Positions 1 to 11,639 of a stretch of DNA of 64,000 nucleotides are shown here, piece by piece. Origin of the DNA: Octopus bimaculoides (lineage: Eukaryota); contig NC_068983.1 of the NCBI RefSeq assembly GCF_001194135.2, positions 142,419,760-142,483,759 of the forward strand. Reading direction: 5' to 3'. The position numbers were made by a program, and so were the translations under genes. Numbering within the stretch: position 1 is the stretch's first letter; the number at the start of each line of letters is the position of its first letter. The notes under the pieces are model-generated. The model worked only from the letters and a program-made list of their open reading frames with translations, made no database searches and was not told the origin of the DNA.

Positions 1-617
1 TCAGACGAAATACTTGACATACATTGAAGAATTGCAATTTTCTGACTCACTGTTACATTCATGTATGCATCTACGTATGTATAATTGCATACAAATACAC
101 GCAGCCACTCACAAACTCACACATACACACAAACTTTCTGTTTCATTCTCTCGCACACTCTCTTACTCGCGCTCACTCTATCTCTCTCTATCTCTCTCTC
201 TCTCTATCTCTCTCTCTCTCACTCTCTCTCTCTCTCTCTCTNNNNNNNNNNNNNNNNNNNNNNNNNNNNNNNNNNNNNNNNNNNNNNNNNNNNNNNNNNN
301 NNNNNNNNNNNNNNNNNNNNNNNNNNNNNNNNNNNNNNNNNNNNNNNNNNNNNNNNNNNNNNNNNNNNNNNNNNNNNNNNNNNNNNNNNNNNNNNNNNNN
401 NNNNNNNNNNNNNNNNNNNNNNNNNNNNNNNNNNNNNNNNNNNNNNNNNNNNNNNNNNNNNNNNNNNNNNNNNNNNNNNNNNNNNNNNNNNNNNNNNNNN
501 NNNNNNNNNNNNNNNNNNNNNNNNNNNNNNNNNNNNNNNNNNNNNNNNNNNNNNNNNNNNNNNNNNNNNNNNNNNNNNNNNNNNNNNNNNNNNNNNNNNN
601 NNNNNNNNATATATATA

Positions 618-1873
618 CAGGTGTTGGACAGAATAATAGAAACACCTTAAAATTTCAAGCAAATTTATTTTAATATGAGGTAGGACCGCCTCTGGCAGTA
701 ATTACAGCTTGAATTCTACGAGGTAAGGACTCGTACAAATTTTGAATTGTTTCAAAAGGAATTTTTGTCCATTCTTCAGCTAAAACAGTCTCCAATTTTT
801 GTAGTGATGATGGTGGAAGATATCGACTCCTAACTTGTTTTTCTAAAATGCACCACAAATGTTGAATAATATTGAGATCTGGGGACTGTGGTGGCCAAAT
901 AAGATGTTCAACTTCACTAGAATGTTCCTCGTGTCATTCAGTAATAACTTTAGCAGTGTGAATTGGTGCATTATCATCTTGAAAGATTGTGTTTCCCTCT
1001 AGAAACAGTTCCGGAACCTTAGGATAAATTTGATCAGATAAAAGGCTTAAATGGTCTTGACTATTAATTCTGCCGTGAAGGGAAAGCATTGGACCGGCGG
1101 ATTTCCAAGATATAGCTCCCTCTAGATCGTCACAGATTCTCCTCTATGTTTAACAATTGGAAGAAGGTAGTCTGGGTCAAATGCTTCTTTTGGCTGTCTC
1201 CACACGTATACTCAGCCGGTGGTCGAAAATAATGTAAAGGATGACTCGTCCGGGGAAAGAACATTCTTCAACTGCTTTAGGGACCAATCCTGTAGGCTTT
1301 TACTTTACTCTAAACGCTTTGAAACATTTGCTTTCGAAAGTAGTGGTTTTCAGATTGCAGCCCTTCCGTGAAATCCTGCTTTGTGCAGCTCCCGATAAAC
1401 AGTGTTTGTGGAAACTGGCTTCTAGGGGTGGTCATTAAGCTGTACTTTTGTGATCCTTTCTAACAATTCGCGTAAGACTCTCACGGTCCCTATCTGAAGG
1501 TTTTGGTTTTCTTCCGGAGTTTTCTTTCGACGAGGAGGCTTTTCCCTCTTTCTCAAAGGCTGTCATTACTTTTGAGGCAGTACTTCTTGATATACCAAAC
1601 ATTTCGGATGTTTTCGTTACGCTAGCGCCTGCCCTACGAGCACTAACAATTTGACTGCTTTGAAAGTCCGATAAATCTATCAGTTTAATGAATTTGAATT
1701 ACCTTTTTCTGATGATATCAGAAAAGCTACAGCAATTTTAGCAAAACATATTAAGCAACACTAATAATAAATCAAAAAAGCATAAAAGTAAACAAGCTTT
1801 TGACGGTTTTATAGATATTTTAAAATTATGATGCTATGATGCAAAGTGTTTCAGTTATTTTGTCCAACCCCTG
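618..1873 (-). mobile_element. Full-length Tc1-family DNA transposon (1256 bp), degenerate
   Basis: Imperfect ~28-bp TIRs: CAGGTGTTGGACAGAATAATAGAAACAC at 618-645 and the reverse complement of 1846-1873 (CAGGGGTTGGACAAAATAACTGAAACAC); TA on both sides (616-617, 1874-1875); internal transposase remnant. Confidence 0.95.
670..1683 (-). pseudogene. Tc1 (DD34E-type) transposase pseudogene
   Basis: Minus strand reads (M>L)IDLSDFQSSQIVSARRAGASVTKTSEMFGISRST...FPDESSF...FQDDNAPIH...WPPQSPDLNIIQHLW...RIQAVITARGGPTSY*. Start codon mutated to CTG, internal stops/frameshifts, catalytic E read as Q. Confidence 0.92.
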
Positions 1874-2394
1874 TANNNNNNNNNNNNNNNNNNNNNNNNN
1901 NNNNNNNNNNNNNNNNNNNNNNNNNNNNNNNNNNNNNNNNNNNNNNNNNNNNNNNNNNNNNNNNNNNNNNNNNNNNNNNNNNNNNNNNNNNNNNNNNNNN
2001 NNNNNNNNNNNNNNNNNNNNNNNNNNNNNNNNNNNNNNNNNNNNNNNNNNNNNNNNNNNNNNNNNNNNNNNNNNNNNNNNNNNNNNNNNNNNNNNNNNNN
2101 NNNNNNNNNNNNNNNNNNNNNNNNNNNNNNNNNNNNNNNNNNNNNNNNNNNNNNNNNNNNNNNNNNNNNNNNNNNNNNNNNNNNNNNNNNNNNNNNNNNN
2201 NNNNNNNNNNNNNNNNNNNNNNNNNNNNNNNNNNNNNNNNNNNNNNNNNNNNNNNNNNNNNNNNNNNNNNNNNNNNNNNNNNNNNNNNNNNNNNNNNNNN
2301 NNNNNNNNNNNNNNNNNNNNTTATTTCAGTAATAGCAGCATATATTTTATTGAACTTAATGGTTGAATAACCATCACGAAGAATTGTCACAGAC

Positions 2395-2830
2395 CATAGA
2401 CGTGTGTGTTTGTATATATAAGGAGAGTGCTCTATATGTTTATATGTAATTATTTTTGAAGTAGTTGTGTGCTGTCAACTTAATGTGACAGTCCCATGAA
2501 GGGAATAATACTACTGTTGTTTAGACCTAGGAAGCTGCACCGCTTCCTGTCGGCCTTGACACATTTCCTGTGTCCTTATGTTTACAAGGAGGAGACAAGC
2601 AGCTAAACCTGCATCCAGAGACATGTTTCTGAGTCTTTGCTCGTCATCAGTCTGCTCTTAGCTGTGAAGATTTAGAAATGTATTATTTGTACTTATTTTT
2701 GTTTTAAGTTAATTGAATTCTTTCTATAAAAGTGCTTGGTTTCTGACAAAGAAGCAGAGATTCATCACTGGTTTTCGAAACAATCAATAGGATTTATTGA
2801 TATATGTTTCAACGTGTTTGAGCATTTATA
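2395..2830 (-). mobile_element. Probable 3' end (ORF tail + UTR) of a Penelope-like element
   Basis: Contains a hammerhead-like motif; about 50 nt upstream on the minus strand is degraded coding-like sequence (ESLLLC../ETKHFYRK..) loosely resembling PLE GIY-YIG C-termini. Family assignment is inference. Confidence 0.45.
2616..2654 (-). ncRNA. Minimal type I hammerhead ribozyme-like motif (dimer-type, palindromic stem III)
   Basis: Minus strand: CAGA-CUGAUGA-C-GAG-caaaga-CUC-A-GAA-ACAUGU-C|UCUG. Stem I CAGA/UCUG, exact CUGAUGA core, stem II GAG/CUC, GAAA, palindrome ACAUGU, GUC cleavage triplet. Non-canonical C.A at the base of stem II. Confidence 0.7.
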
Positions 2831-3307
2831 TGTATGTATATGAACATAAGTATATGTGTGTGTGTATATATATACACACAGATGTACGTATATATGTATG
2901 CATTTGTACAGATATATGCAAAATGAGCACCCACTTACTCATTGTTCGTAAACATCTCGTGTGTTCCTAAGTTCAGAACACAGATTTAGTGGTAAGACGG
3001 TTTGACGTCTATTTTTAGCATACAAGGAATCCATAGAGTGATCTCTCATATTGTTTATGTTTAAAACTTATTATTTCGGAAAAATGCTTAAACAGCACTG
3101 AAATTTCATGGCTTCCATCGAATGGGGTTTATGACGTTTATAATAATATTACCACGTGAACCAGAAATGTAATCAAAAGCCGTTTCTGCATTTGTCGTTC
3201 ACAAAGGTTTTTAAGTGAAAGGACATAAAGATAAGCATTTACTTCAAACTTTCATTTCACATTTCAAAAATATTCAGACAATGGATATTCAAAAGAAAAC
3301 CAAGCTC

Positions 3308-3364
3308 GGTTTACCAGCAGATGATTGGTTTACCAGCAGATGATTGGTTTACCAGCAAATGATC
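3308..3364. repeat. 19-bp tandem repeat x3 (GGTTTACCAGCAGATGATT)
   Basis: Three consecutive units read directly; the third has 2 mismatches. Confidence 0.95.
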
Positions 3365-3384
3365 AGAGCAACTCTGAATACTGG

Positions 3385-3890
3385 AAGTCATGTATAGGCA
3401 CAGTTTGTGACATATCATTCCAGGATCGACTTTATCGAAGGTCTTTTTTTCAAAGTCGAGATATATCACTTATACATTTGAGTGGTTGAGCAACTGTTTC
3501 AACAACCAGTCATAGTGATGTAAGAGCTCAGTCAGGCAGCTTCTTCCTGGTCGGAAACCATATTGGGTGTCAGTCAGCAAGTCATTTTCTTCAAGGAAGG
3601 TGATTAGTTTTCTTCTCCCTATTCGTTCCATGACTTTGTTGATGTGCGAGGTCAGAAGGATACGTGTGTAGTTTTTGGCCTCTGCTACCTCCTTTATGAA
3701 TATTTGACCCTCCTTCAGCTTGCTTGGAAGTTTGCCATTGCAAGGAACCTCTGAAAGAGGGACTGCATTGGTCTTGCTAGGACTCGCTTACATGCTTTTA
3801 GAAGGATTGCTGGGAATCCATCAGAGCCAGTAAGTGGATTTGGGTTCATTTCATCTATAGCCCTTATTACATCGTCTTATTTTATATTGA
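3385..3890 (-). mobile_element. CR1-type LINE reverse transcriptase fragment
   Basis: Near-identical segments to 43730-43950 (e.g. tgagtggttgagca, tcaggcagcttcttcctggtcggaaac); minus strand encodes degraded RPGRSCLT.LL.HYD.L..QLLNHSNV motifs. Confidence 0.85.
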
Positions 3891-4519
3891 TGTAATCAAT
3901 CATCACTGCCTCTGTTTTTATATCTGCAGCGGTAAAAAAAAGTCAGCTGGATTGATGACTTGCAAGTGTCCTAGGGGTAGACTGAAAATACTTTTGAATT
4001 GCTCATTTAGTATTTCACTTATCTTCATTGGGATATATATATATATATATATATANNNNNNNNNNNNNNNNNNNNNNNNNNNNNNNNNNNNNNNNNNNNN
4101 NNNNNNNNNNNNNNNNNNNNNNNNNNNNNNNNNNNNNNNNNNNNNNNNNNNNNNNNNNNNNNNNNNNNNNNNNNNNNNNNNNNNNNNNNNNNNNNNNNNN
4201 NNNNNNNNNNNNNNNNNNNNNNNNNNNNNNNNNNNNNNNNNNNNNNNNNNNNNNNNNNNNNNNNNNNNNNNNNNNNNNNNNNNNNNNNNNNNNNNNNNNN
4301 NNNNNNNNNNNNNNNNNNNNNNNNNNNNNNNNNNNNNNNNNNNNNNNNNNNNNNNNNNNNNNNNNNNNNNNNNNNNNNNNNNNNNNNNNNNNNNNNNNNN
4401 NNNNNNNNNNNNNNNNNNNNNNNNNNNNNNNNNNNNNNNNNNNNNNNNNNNNNNNNNNNNNNCATGTGTATGAGGTCTTCGTAAGAAGCAGTACTTCATA
4501 AAAATCTATTGCTTTATTT

Positions 4520-5230
4520 TCAATTTAATCAATCTAATCCCTTTAAGAATAGTTTCTTAGCTATTGTTCAGAAAGATTTCAAATAGTATTCGAAAGGTCA
4601 AACAGCTCCTATTGACTGCCACTCGGTTCTCTTTTGTTAATTTGACAGCAAACGCGGCACAAATTTTGTGACATGATGCATCTTCAATTTTTCTCTTAAT
4701 TTTATGTGACATTTTTTATACACATCACTATTTCTTCAGAAACTTTATAGTCAGGAGACAATTTTTTGCGGCTCGCATCGTGCACTTTCGTCCGTGAAAT
4801 GTGGAAGTTCGTCCAGATTTTGGCAAGTCGTCACTGAATCTCCTTGCAGATTTAAAACGTGTGTTACAACTCGGGACACGTGATATTGAGATAACCAAGA
4901 CAAACATTGAGACGTGTAACAGTGTTCCTCATAGACCTCTCACAAGGTTAGAAAAATCTTGGCTTCTTTTTTTCTTTTCATTTGAAACAGATTTTCACAC
5001 AAACGCACTACTCTTCCAAATCCTTCTTTGTTCAACTTAGGACAAATTGGCGTGTGCGCTAAACGTATGCTCGTATAAATCAATGACCGTATAGAACTGA
5101 CATGGTGTTGGGTAGCTATAAGTAGATTCAAAGTCAAGGTCATCTATAAGCATCACTGCAGTCACGAGCACACTGCGCTGGCTGGTTGGTAAACTAGTTT
5201 AAAAGTTTGGTTTCTTTTGGGATACACATA
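4520..5230 (-). mobile_element. Mariner-family transposon 5' remnant
   Basis: Minus-strand frames give LEE*CVCVKICFK, EVYEEHC and KLKMHHVTKFVPRLLSN*QKRNRVAV, matching the mariner HTH region and the (W/F)VPRLL motif; heavily decayed. Confidence 0.7.
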
Positions 5231-5915
5231 TATAACGCAGCTATTACGAAATGACAATAAAAAGAAACACATTCTATTGATACTTCTCAATGCTGAGTGG
5301 GAAAAATCTCTTTGTCGACACTTTGATTTCAACGATTAGGTGTTTATGGTTAACTACACAGAAAGACAAGTGTATGTGAACTTATTGATTATATGTGCAT
5401 GCACTTATATTTATTGAAGAAAATATACACGTCTTTCTTTTTCTTTCTCGCTTCTTTTGTTCCTTTACATTCATTAATTGTGCTTTCATGACTCCTAACC
5501 CATTAGCTATAATCTGTTTCTAGAATCCCATGTTAAATATGTAAGTATATTAATTATTTCCTTCTGCTACATTTAATACATTGTTGATTCGACACTTTGG
5601 ATATTCGAATGTTACAGATATTTCACCGTTATAGATCTGTGTATTGTGCCATCGTTAGGAAATTGTTTATTACTGATTTCAATACTGAGCTCTGCTTTGC
5701 GCACATTCGGAAGTTACTGATAGATATTTGACTATTGCTGATATATGAATCTCTATGAAATTTCAAAAGATTTTATATACTTTCTAAATGTATTGATTAT
5801 TGGGTTTTTTGATTTAATTTTTGGTTGATAATTTAATAATCTGATTAAGTAAATACGCACATGCATATGTATGGGTGTGTGCGCGCGCACGCATGTATGT
5901 ATGTATGCATGCATG

Positions 5916-6019
5916 TTATTATTCAATTTTATTTCAAGATGTCTTGCCAATAAAGAATGAGCCGGTTTCTAATCGAGATCCAAGGCTCCTTCATTGGAGT
6001 TTCAACATCAATAACAGGG
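5916..6019 (-). repeat. ~100-bp dispersed repeat embedded in (CATA)n, copy 1
   Basis: Reverse complement aligns with 44394-44497 (gatgttgaaa..aatgaagga.ccttggatct....tagaaaccgg...tattggc..aa.atcttgaaata). Confidence 0.85.
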
Positions 6020-6127
6020 TATGTATGTATGTATGTATGTATGTATGTATGTATGTATGTATGTATGTGTGTTTGTATATGTATGTATGTATGTGTGTAT
6101 GTATATGTATGTATGTATGTGTGCATG

Positions 6128-6159
<32 letters not shown>

Positions 6160-6296
6160 TGTATGCATGTATGTGTGTATGTATATGTATGTATGTATGC
6201 ATGTATGTGTGTATGTATATGTATGTATGTATGTGTGCATGTATATGTATGTANNNNNNNNNNATGCATGTATGTGTGTATGTATATGTATGTATG

Positions 6297-6328
<32 letters not shown>

Positions 6329-6405
6329 TGCATGTATGTGTGTATGTATATGTATGTATGTATATGTATGTATGTATGTATATGTATGTATGTATGTATG
6401 TATAC
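6020..6405. repeat. (TATG)n compound microsatellite
   Basis: Directly visible; explains the MYVC/HTYI ORFs. Confidence 0.98.
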
Positions 6406-7125
6406 GTGCAGATTTGTTTGTTTTGTTTTATGTATGTCTTCTCATGCATATACTTACATATCTAGACATGCTCATATATACTTAAATGATAAACTTCTGG
6501 AAAGTTTTTGATGGAGTTTCTCATTACGTTCTGGAAAGTTTTACAGATTTTTACAGTTCCAGTGTTGGATTGGATCTGTAGTCTTCAAATCAGCTTTCTC
6601 CTTTCTGGTTTTGAGAAGATTGGTATTCGGCAGTGTGTTAAATATCCCAGTGCCCCAGTAATTACAGGTATAAACCTGAACTCGTAATCTGAATGGAGTA
6701 ACTCTCAATAGTTCAGCGTAGGTATTTTCTCACTGGAACTTTAGCAAGTTGAAGGGCTTCTAGCATCCATGAGTGGGGAACAGAGTCAAAGGCCTTCTTG
6801 TAGTCTAGCCAAATTGAAACTAGGTTCCTTCTATCCTCCCGCATAACTGACATTACAGGTTTGTTTATTAACAATTGCTCGGCACATCGCCAGACTCCTT
6901 TCTTCCCAGCTACTCATTCTGCTGTGACGATGTTATTGCTTTCACAATGGTCTTGGAGAGAAGAGGTTTAAATATGCTGTATATATGTTATACATTAAGT
7001 TCTGGCATGCAATTGGCCAGTAGTTTTTGCCATGTGGGTGGTTCTGCATTTGGGGATCAGTTTTGTCTCTGCCAACTAGTGTGATATGCTACTGTTCCCA
7101 CTAAGAGCTTGTCGGTACAGGGTAA
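6406..7125 (-). mobile_element. Internally deleted R4/Dong-like RLE-type non-LTR retrotransposon (part of RT fused to RLE C-terminus and 3' UTR)
   Basis: Minus strand: KNY.PIACQNLMYNIYT...EQLLINK...LVSIWLDYKKAFDSVPHSWMLEALQLAKVP, then an abrupt jump near 6735 to ENTYAELL...FRFIPVITGALG...RLQIQSNTGTVKICKTF; the 3' UTR runs into (TACA)n. Confidence 0.8.
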
Positions 7126-7904
7126 GATATGTATGTATATATGTATATATGATGACAGTACTCTTCTCTTTTTACTTTTAAGCAAGATCTATTACGGTGT
7201 AGAGAAAAAGCCTGTGATGACCGTTCTATTGGTTATATAAAGTGGTTTAAAAAATATTGGGACGAAATTCACCCCAATTTAATCAACTTGCGGGCACATT
7301 GTGGTGTGGTGGTTACCCCTACAACACACTTGGAGATAGAGAAACTAGGGTCTATCGTCAAATTTTTGCAGTTGTATGTATCTGTCGTGGATATGAATAT
7401 ATTAACTACTAGTGAGCAACATTTCGTATAAAGAACATGTGAAGAAACAGATTGTATATATGTGCGTATGTACGCGCGTGGTGTTCCTTTTTACCCACGT
7501 AAATGAGTGTATCGAGTTGTACCCCTTTATATAAAAAACGTAACTTAGTTGTACATAATTTTTGTCTGTCAGTTCACTCACTCGTCATTGGTAAGACTGG
7601 GACTATCGTACAAGGTAAATAGGCCAATGTATGGTGCAGTACAATAAAATTTCTTAATCACAAAACCATGGTTTACATAATCAATAGTCTTGTACGTTGT
7701 AATTTTTACATTTACATGTGTCTGATAAAGGTATATTTAAATAGGGCACGGAATATAGTTTAATATATCGAAACTTCACTGTATTGCATCATTCTCATTG
7801 TGTTAGGTTTTGTATTTTTCTATGTTGAATGACATTGCAAAAACTTATTCGTGTGTATGTGTGTGTTTATATGAGTAATATGAATGTACGTATATAAACA
7901 TATA

Positions 7905-8385
7905 CAGAACTCAGGACGAGCGGTTTTGGTCAACGCAGGATTGGCAAGTTGGTGGTTTGGCTCTGCTGTCACTTTTGCTGCGGCATTTCGATAATTTTAG
8001 TCACAGTTCACAATACAATTCACTATTCTGCGCTTCCTCTCTGTGAATTTTGCCTTCCATCCAGAATTATGCTTGCCACACCTGCTTTTATCTTTTTTAT
8101 TTAATGCCAACATGATTCGAAAGACTACCTCTCGAAACAGTAAGCAATTCCTCAGTTTTTGTGACTGAAACTCCAGCTATCCGTGCTTCAACAATTTGCC
8201 TTCTTTGAAAATCAGGTAGGTCACACATTTTACCTTACAAGGATATGAATATCCGCAAAAATTAGAAAGACGGAGGCCCTATATTAGAATGTACGTAGCA
8301 TTCATAATGCCAATAAATATATATACAGACTAGAGAAAAAAATTGTCAAATAAAGTGGTATTTCCATCATTTTGTCCAACCCCTG
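7905..8385 (-). mobile_element. 5' fragment of a second Tc1 subfamily with left TIR
   Basis: TIR CAGGGGTTGGACAAAATGATGGAAA ending at 8385 with TA at 8386-8387; ATG at 8228 gives MCDLPDFQRRQIVEARIAGVSVTKTEELLTVSRG. Confidence 0.88.
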
Positions 8386-8449
8386 TACGTACATACATAC
8401 ATATGTATGCATACGGTGACAGAGAGAGTAGTAAGAGACTTGCCTACAG

Positions 8450-8710
8450 ATTGATCGGTGGTTCGTATCCTATCACGAAAAATGCACTCCTTCTTTTGGT
8501 GTCTCTTTCTAGTACGCACAGCCACTGGGATTGGTGCAGATATTTTAGATGCTCACTACTGCGCAGATGATACAAACTTCCATTCCTGCCCAACATTGTA
8601 CAATTGTTTTACTATCACACCAAATATTAACCATGAATAGAGATCTCGAAAACATCCACAGATGGAGTTATCCCAATCTGATCTTCTTCAACGATACAAA
8701 GAAATACAAA
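8450..8710 (+). mobile_element. Short degraded LINE RT fragment
   Basis: HYCADDTNFHS and MNRDLENIHRWSYPNLIFFNDTK resemble the RT (Y/F)ADD motif and downstream segment. Confidence 0.5.
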
Positions 8711-8894
8711 CACAGCAAGAAAACATTATCAGATCTATTCATACGTATGAGCAGCACACAACTAACATCCTCAAAATCAGTATGTATCCTAGACCTCGCC
8801 TTCACAGAGGATCTATATCGATAGATAGATAGATAGATAGATAGATAACAGAAAAGAGCGACGTTCTTTATTTAAATAAGCTATGACAGAAGAC

Positions 8895-9640
8895 ATTTGA
8901 CCAACGAACTGAACCCAGGACCGTGCAGTTATGAAGCAAATTCCTTAACCTCATTGCTATGTCTGCACCAAACAAAATCTTGTTTTCAGATCTCGCTTTC
9001 AAATGGAAAGTTATTACATGTACTCATGCATGCACGAAAATTGTTATACACACACATACATGAATCATATGTAAATATTTATCGATTTACACATATTCAC
9101 ATAATTATGCTTAAATTATTCTCTTATGCGCTTAAAAAATAGTGTTACCTGATATGAGAAATAGATTAAAGTTTTGAGTTTTATATTACATTTAAAAAAA
9201 TAATAATATCTGATAAAATAATTTGTAATGAATATTGAACAAATAATTATTTCGAACAATGTACCTTACAAATTCAAATAATTATGATAACCTGGACAAA
9301 TATTTTAAAAGCAACACAACGAAACTCATCCTAAGTAAATATCACTCACTCTTGTTCCAAATTGACGCCTTTATCAATAGAGAGCGGCAGACCGACAGCC
9401 GAAAGTCTATACATAACAAACCTTGCAAAGGTGTTATATACACATGTTATTCTCTATGGCAGAAACCACTATTATAATATTCATTGATTTTATATATTTA
9501 TATTTTAGACATGTATTTTACTATTTCCTAGGCATAGAGAAGAAAAGGCGATTCACTGAAGTGGAAAAGGTGGTGATAATGATATCAATAACAATAATAA
9601 GAGTGAAGACAGCGAGGGAAATCTTTTACAAAACGAAAAT
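8895..9640 (+). repeat. Left arm of an old inverted duplication (partner 10870-11635)
   Basis: Collinear blocks match the reverse complement of 10870-11635: ttacatgtactcatgcatgca, tgaatcatatgtaaatat, ttgttcc.aattgacgcc.ttat, gaccgaca.cc.aaa, actattataatattcattgatt, tattttactatttcct. Confidence 0.85.
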
Positions 9641-10124
9641 TTTTACGTCTCTATTACGTCTCTATTTCGTTAGCTTGAAGGCGTAAATTTGTAGGCCTAG
9701 TATTCTCTGCGGGATTGACAGCATAACTCAAAGGATAGACAACGTAACAAAATGTTCACCATCTACCAATGATGGACTGGAAAAATGGAGGAATTGAATT
9801 ATTTTTGACAAGACACAAAGCTAGTTTGTAAGGGCTAGTAATATTGTCGTTGGATTTTATCAGGTTTAGCAGAAACTGCAAAGACAAGAAACCTCCATCT
9901 TTAACTCGAAACAAATAACAAACATTGTTAAGGGAAGGAATAGAGATACGTGGACTGTAGAATATGATCTGTATTCATCCCTCAGAATATTTCCTGAGGG
10001 ATGAATGAATGTTAAATTCGATGTCAGCTAAAACTAAAATTCAAATACAGTACTTTACTAGGCGAACATCCTACATTTTCTGCCAAATAGCTGCCTTTTT
10101 CATTACGATGGGAATTTATATAAT

Positions 10125-10269
10125 TGGCAAACGGTTTATTGCTTTCCAACCACGTGGTTCTGTGTTCAGTCCCACTGCGTGGCACCTTAGGTAAATATCC
10201 TGTACTATAACCCAGGGAAGATTAAAGCCTTGTAAGTGGACTTGGTAGACGGAAACAGAGAGCCTGTCG

Positions 10270-10333
<64 letters not shown>

Positions 10334-10540
10334 TTTGTGTGTGCTATGTTTGCTCCCACTACCGATTGAAAACTAGTGTTGCTCTGTTTGCTTTCCCGTA
10401 ACTTAGCGGATCGGCATAAAAAAACGATAGAGTAAATGCCAAGCTTTAAAAATAAGTTTTGTGCTGATTTGTTCGACTAAACCCTACAAGCCGGTGCCCC
10501 AGCATGACGCAGACCAACGACTGTAACAAGTAAAAGCTAA
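10125..10540 (+). mobile_element. tRNA-derived SINE family A with internal (TG)n
   Basis: tRNA-like head (ggttctgtgttcagtcccactgcgtggcacctt), body (ttggtagacggaaac), central TG microsatellite, tail (cccgtaacttagcgg...acaagtaaaag); homologous to 48941-49333. Confidence 0.85.
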
Positions 10541-10869
10541 AAATTACCTCTAGTATATGCCTGGTACATATTTTATCAATTCCAGAAGAAACAAAGACAA
10601 AGTCGACTCATTCAGTATTTGAATTCAAAAAATGATGACAGACTAAATATTTTAGTCGCAAACGTTTCCGCCATCCTACTGTCATTGTTCTATCTAACAT
10701 ATTAATCACCATAGATATTGCCAGTTACTTACCTACTTACCTCAACGTTTCCGCCATTATTTTTCTATTCTATACCATTATAATGTTCATTACCTGAATC
10801 GCAAAAAGGTAAATTTCATTAATAAATTTGTATAAGCTTTTCATTGAGATTAATATTTTTTTCCATACA

Positions 10870-11014
10870 TTAAAGATATTCGGCGCTATCTCAACTGTTG
10901 TTGTTGTTATTAACATTATTATCACCGCTATCATTAATCTGTAAACTTACCGTTTCAATGAATTTCTTTTTTCATTTTATTTTCCTCGAGGAAATAGTAA
11001 AATAAGTGGTAGCC

Positions 11015-11053
<39 letters not shown>

Positions 11054-11635
11054 CAATGAATATTATAATAGTGATCGTTGCTATGCAGAATAAACTGTGT
11101 ATATAACTAACTCTCTTTGCAATTTTGCTTATGAATACATTTTTGGATGTCGGTCCGCCGATACTCATTCATAATGGCGTCAATTGGGAACAATTTAGTT
11201 TTACGTGATAATGAGAATATGTATGATGAGTATCTTTGGATTGCTTCTAAAATATCATAACTATTCGTATTTACAAGGCCCATTGTTTGAGAGCCACGAT
11301 AATTATATTTTATTTATTTATTTATTTATGTGTTTCAGTGTAATGAGAGATTTGAAAATGTGGAACCATTTCTGATAACAGATAGAGATATCTTTTTAAG
11401 CACGTAAGTAGATAAGCATAATAATGCAAATATATGTAAATTTATACATATTTACATATGATTCACATATGTGTGTATCCATAACCATTTGCATGCATGA
11501 GTACATGTAACAGCTTTTCGTTCAAAAATACAATTCTAAAAAACAAGACTCTGTTAGACGCAAACGTAGCTGTGTAGTTATGAATTTTGCTTCATAAGTG
11601 CATGGTTTCGGGTTCAATTCCATTGTGTGCTCCCA
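10870..11635 (-). repeat. Right arm of the old inverted duplication (partner 8895-9640)
   Basis: Same collinear blocks as the left arm; includes the same SINE-head fragment (ttgcttcataa.tgca.ggt). Confidence 0.85.
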
Positions 11636-11639
11636 TATA

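Noticed and set aside
1705-1730. CTGATGA..GAAA hammerhead-like string in the Tc1 5' region
   Set aside because: Stem II would be 1 bp and there is no valid stem III or UH site; it is simply a 9-bp inverted repeat (ttttctgat-gat-atcagaaaa).
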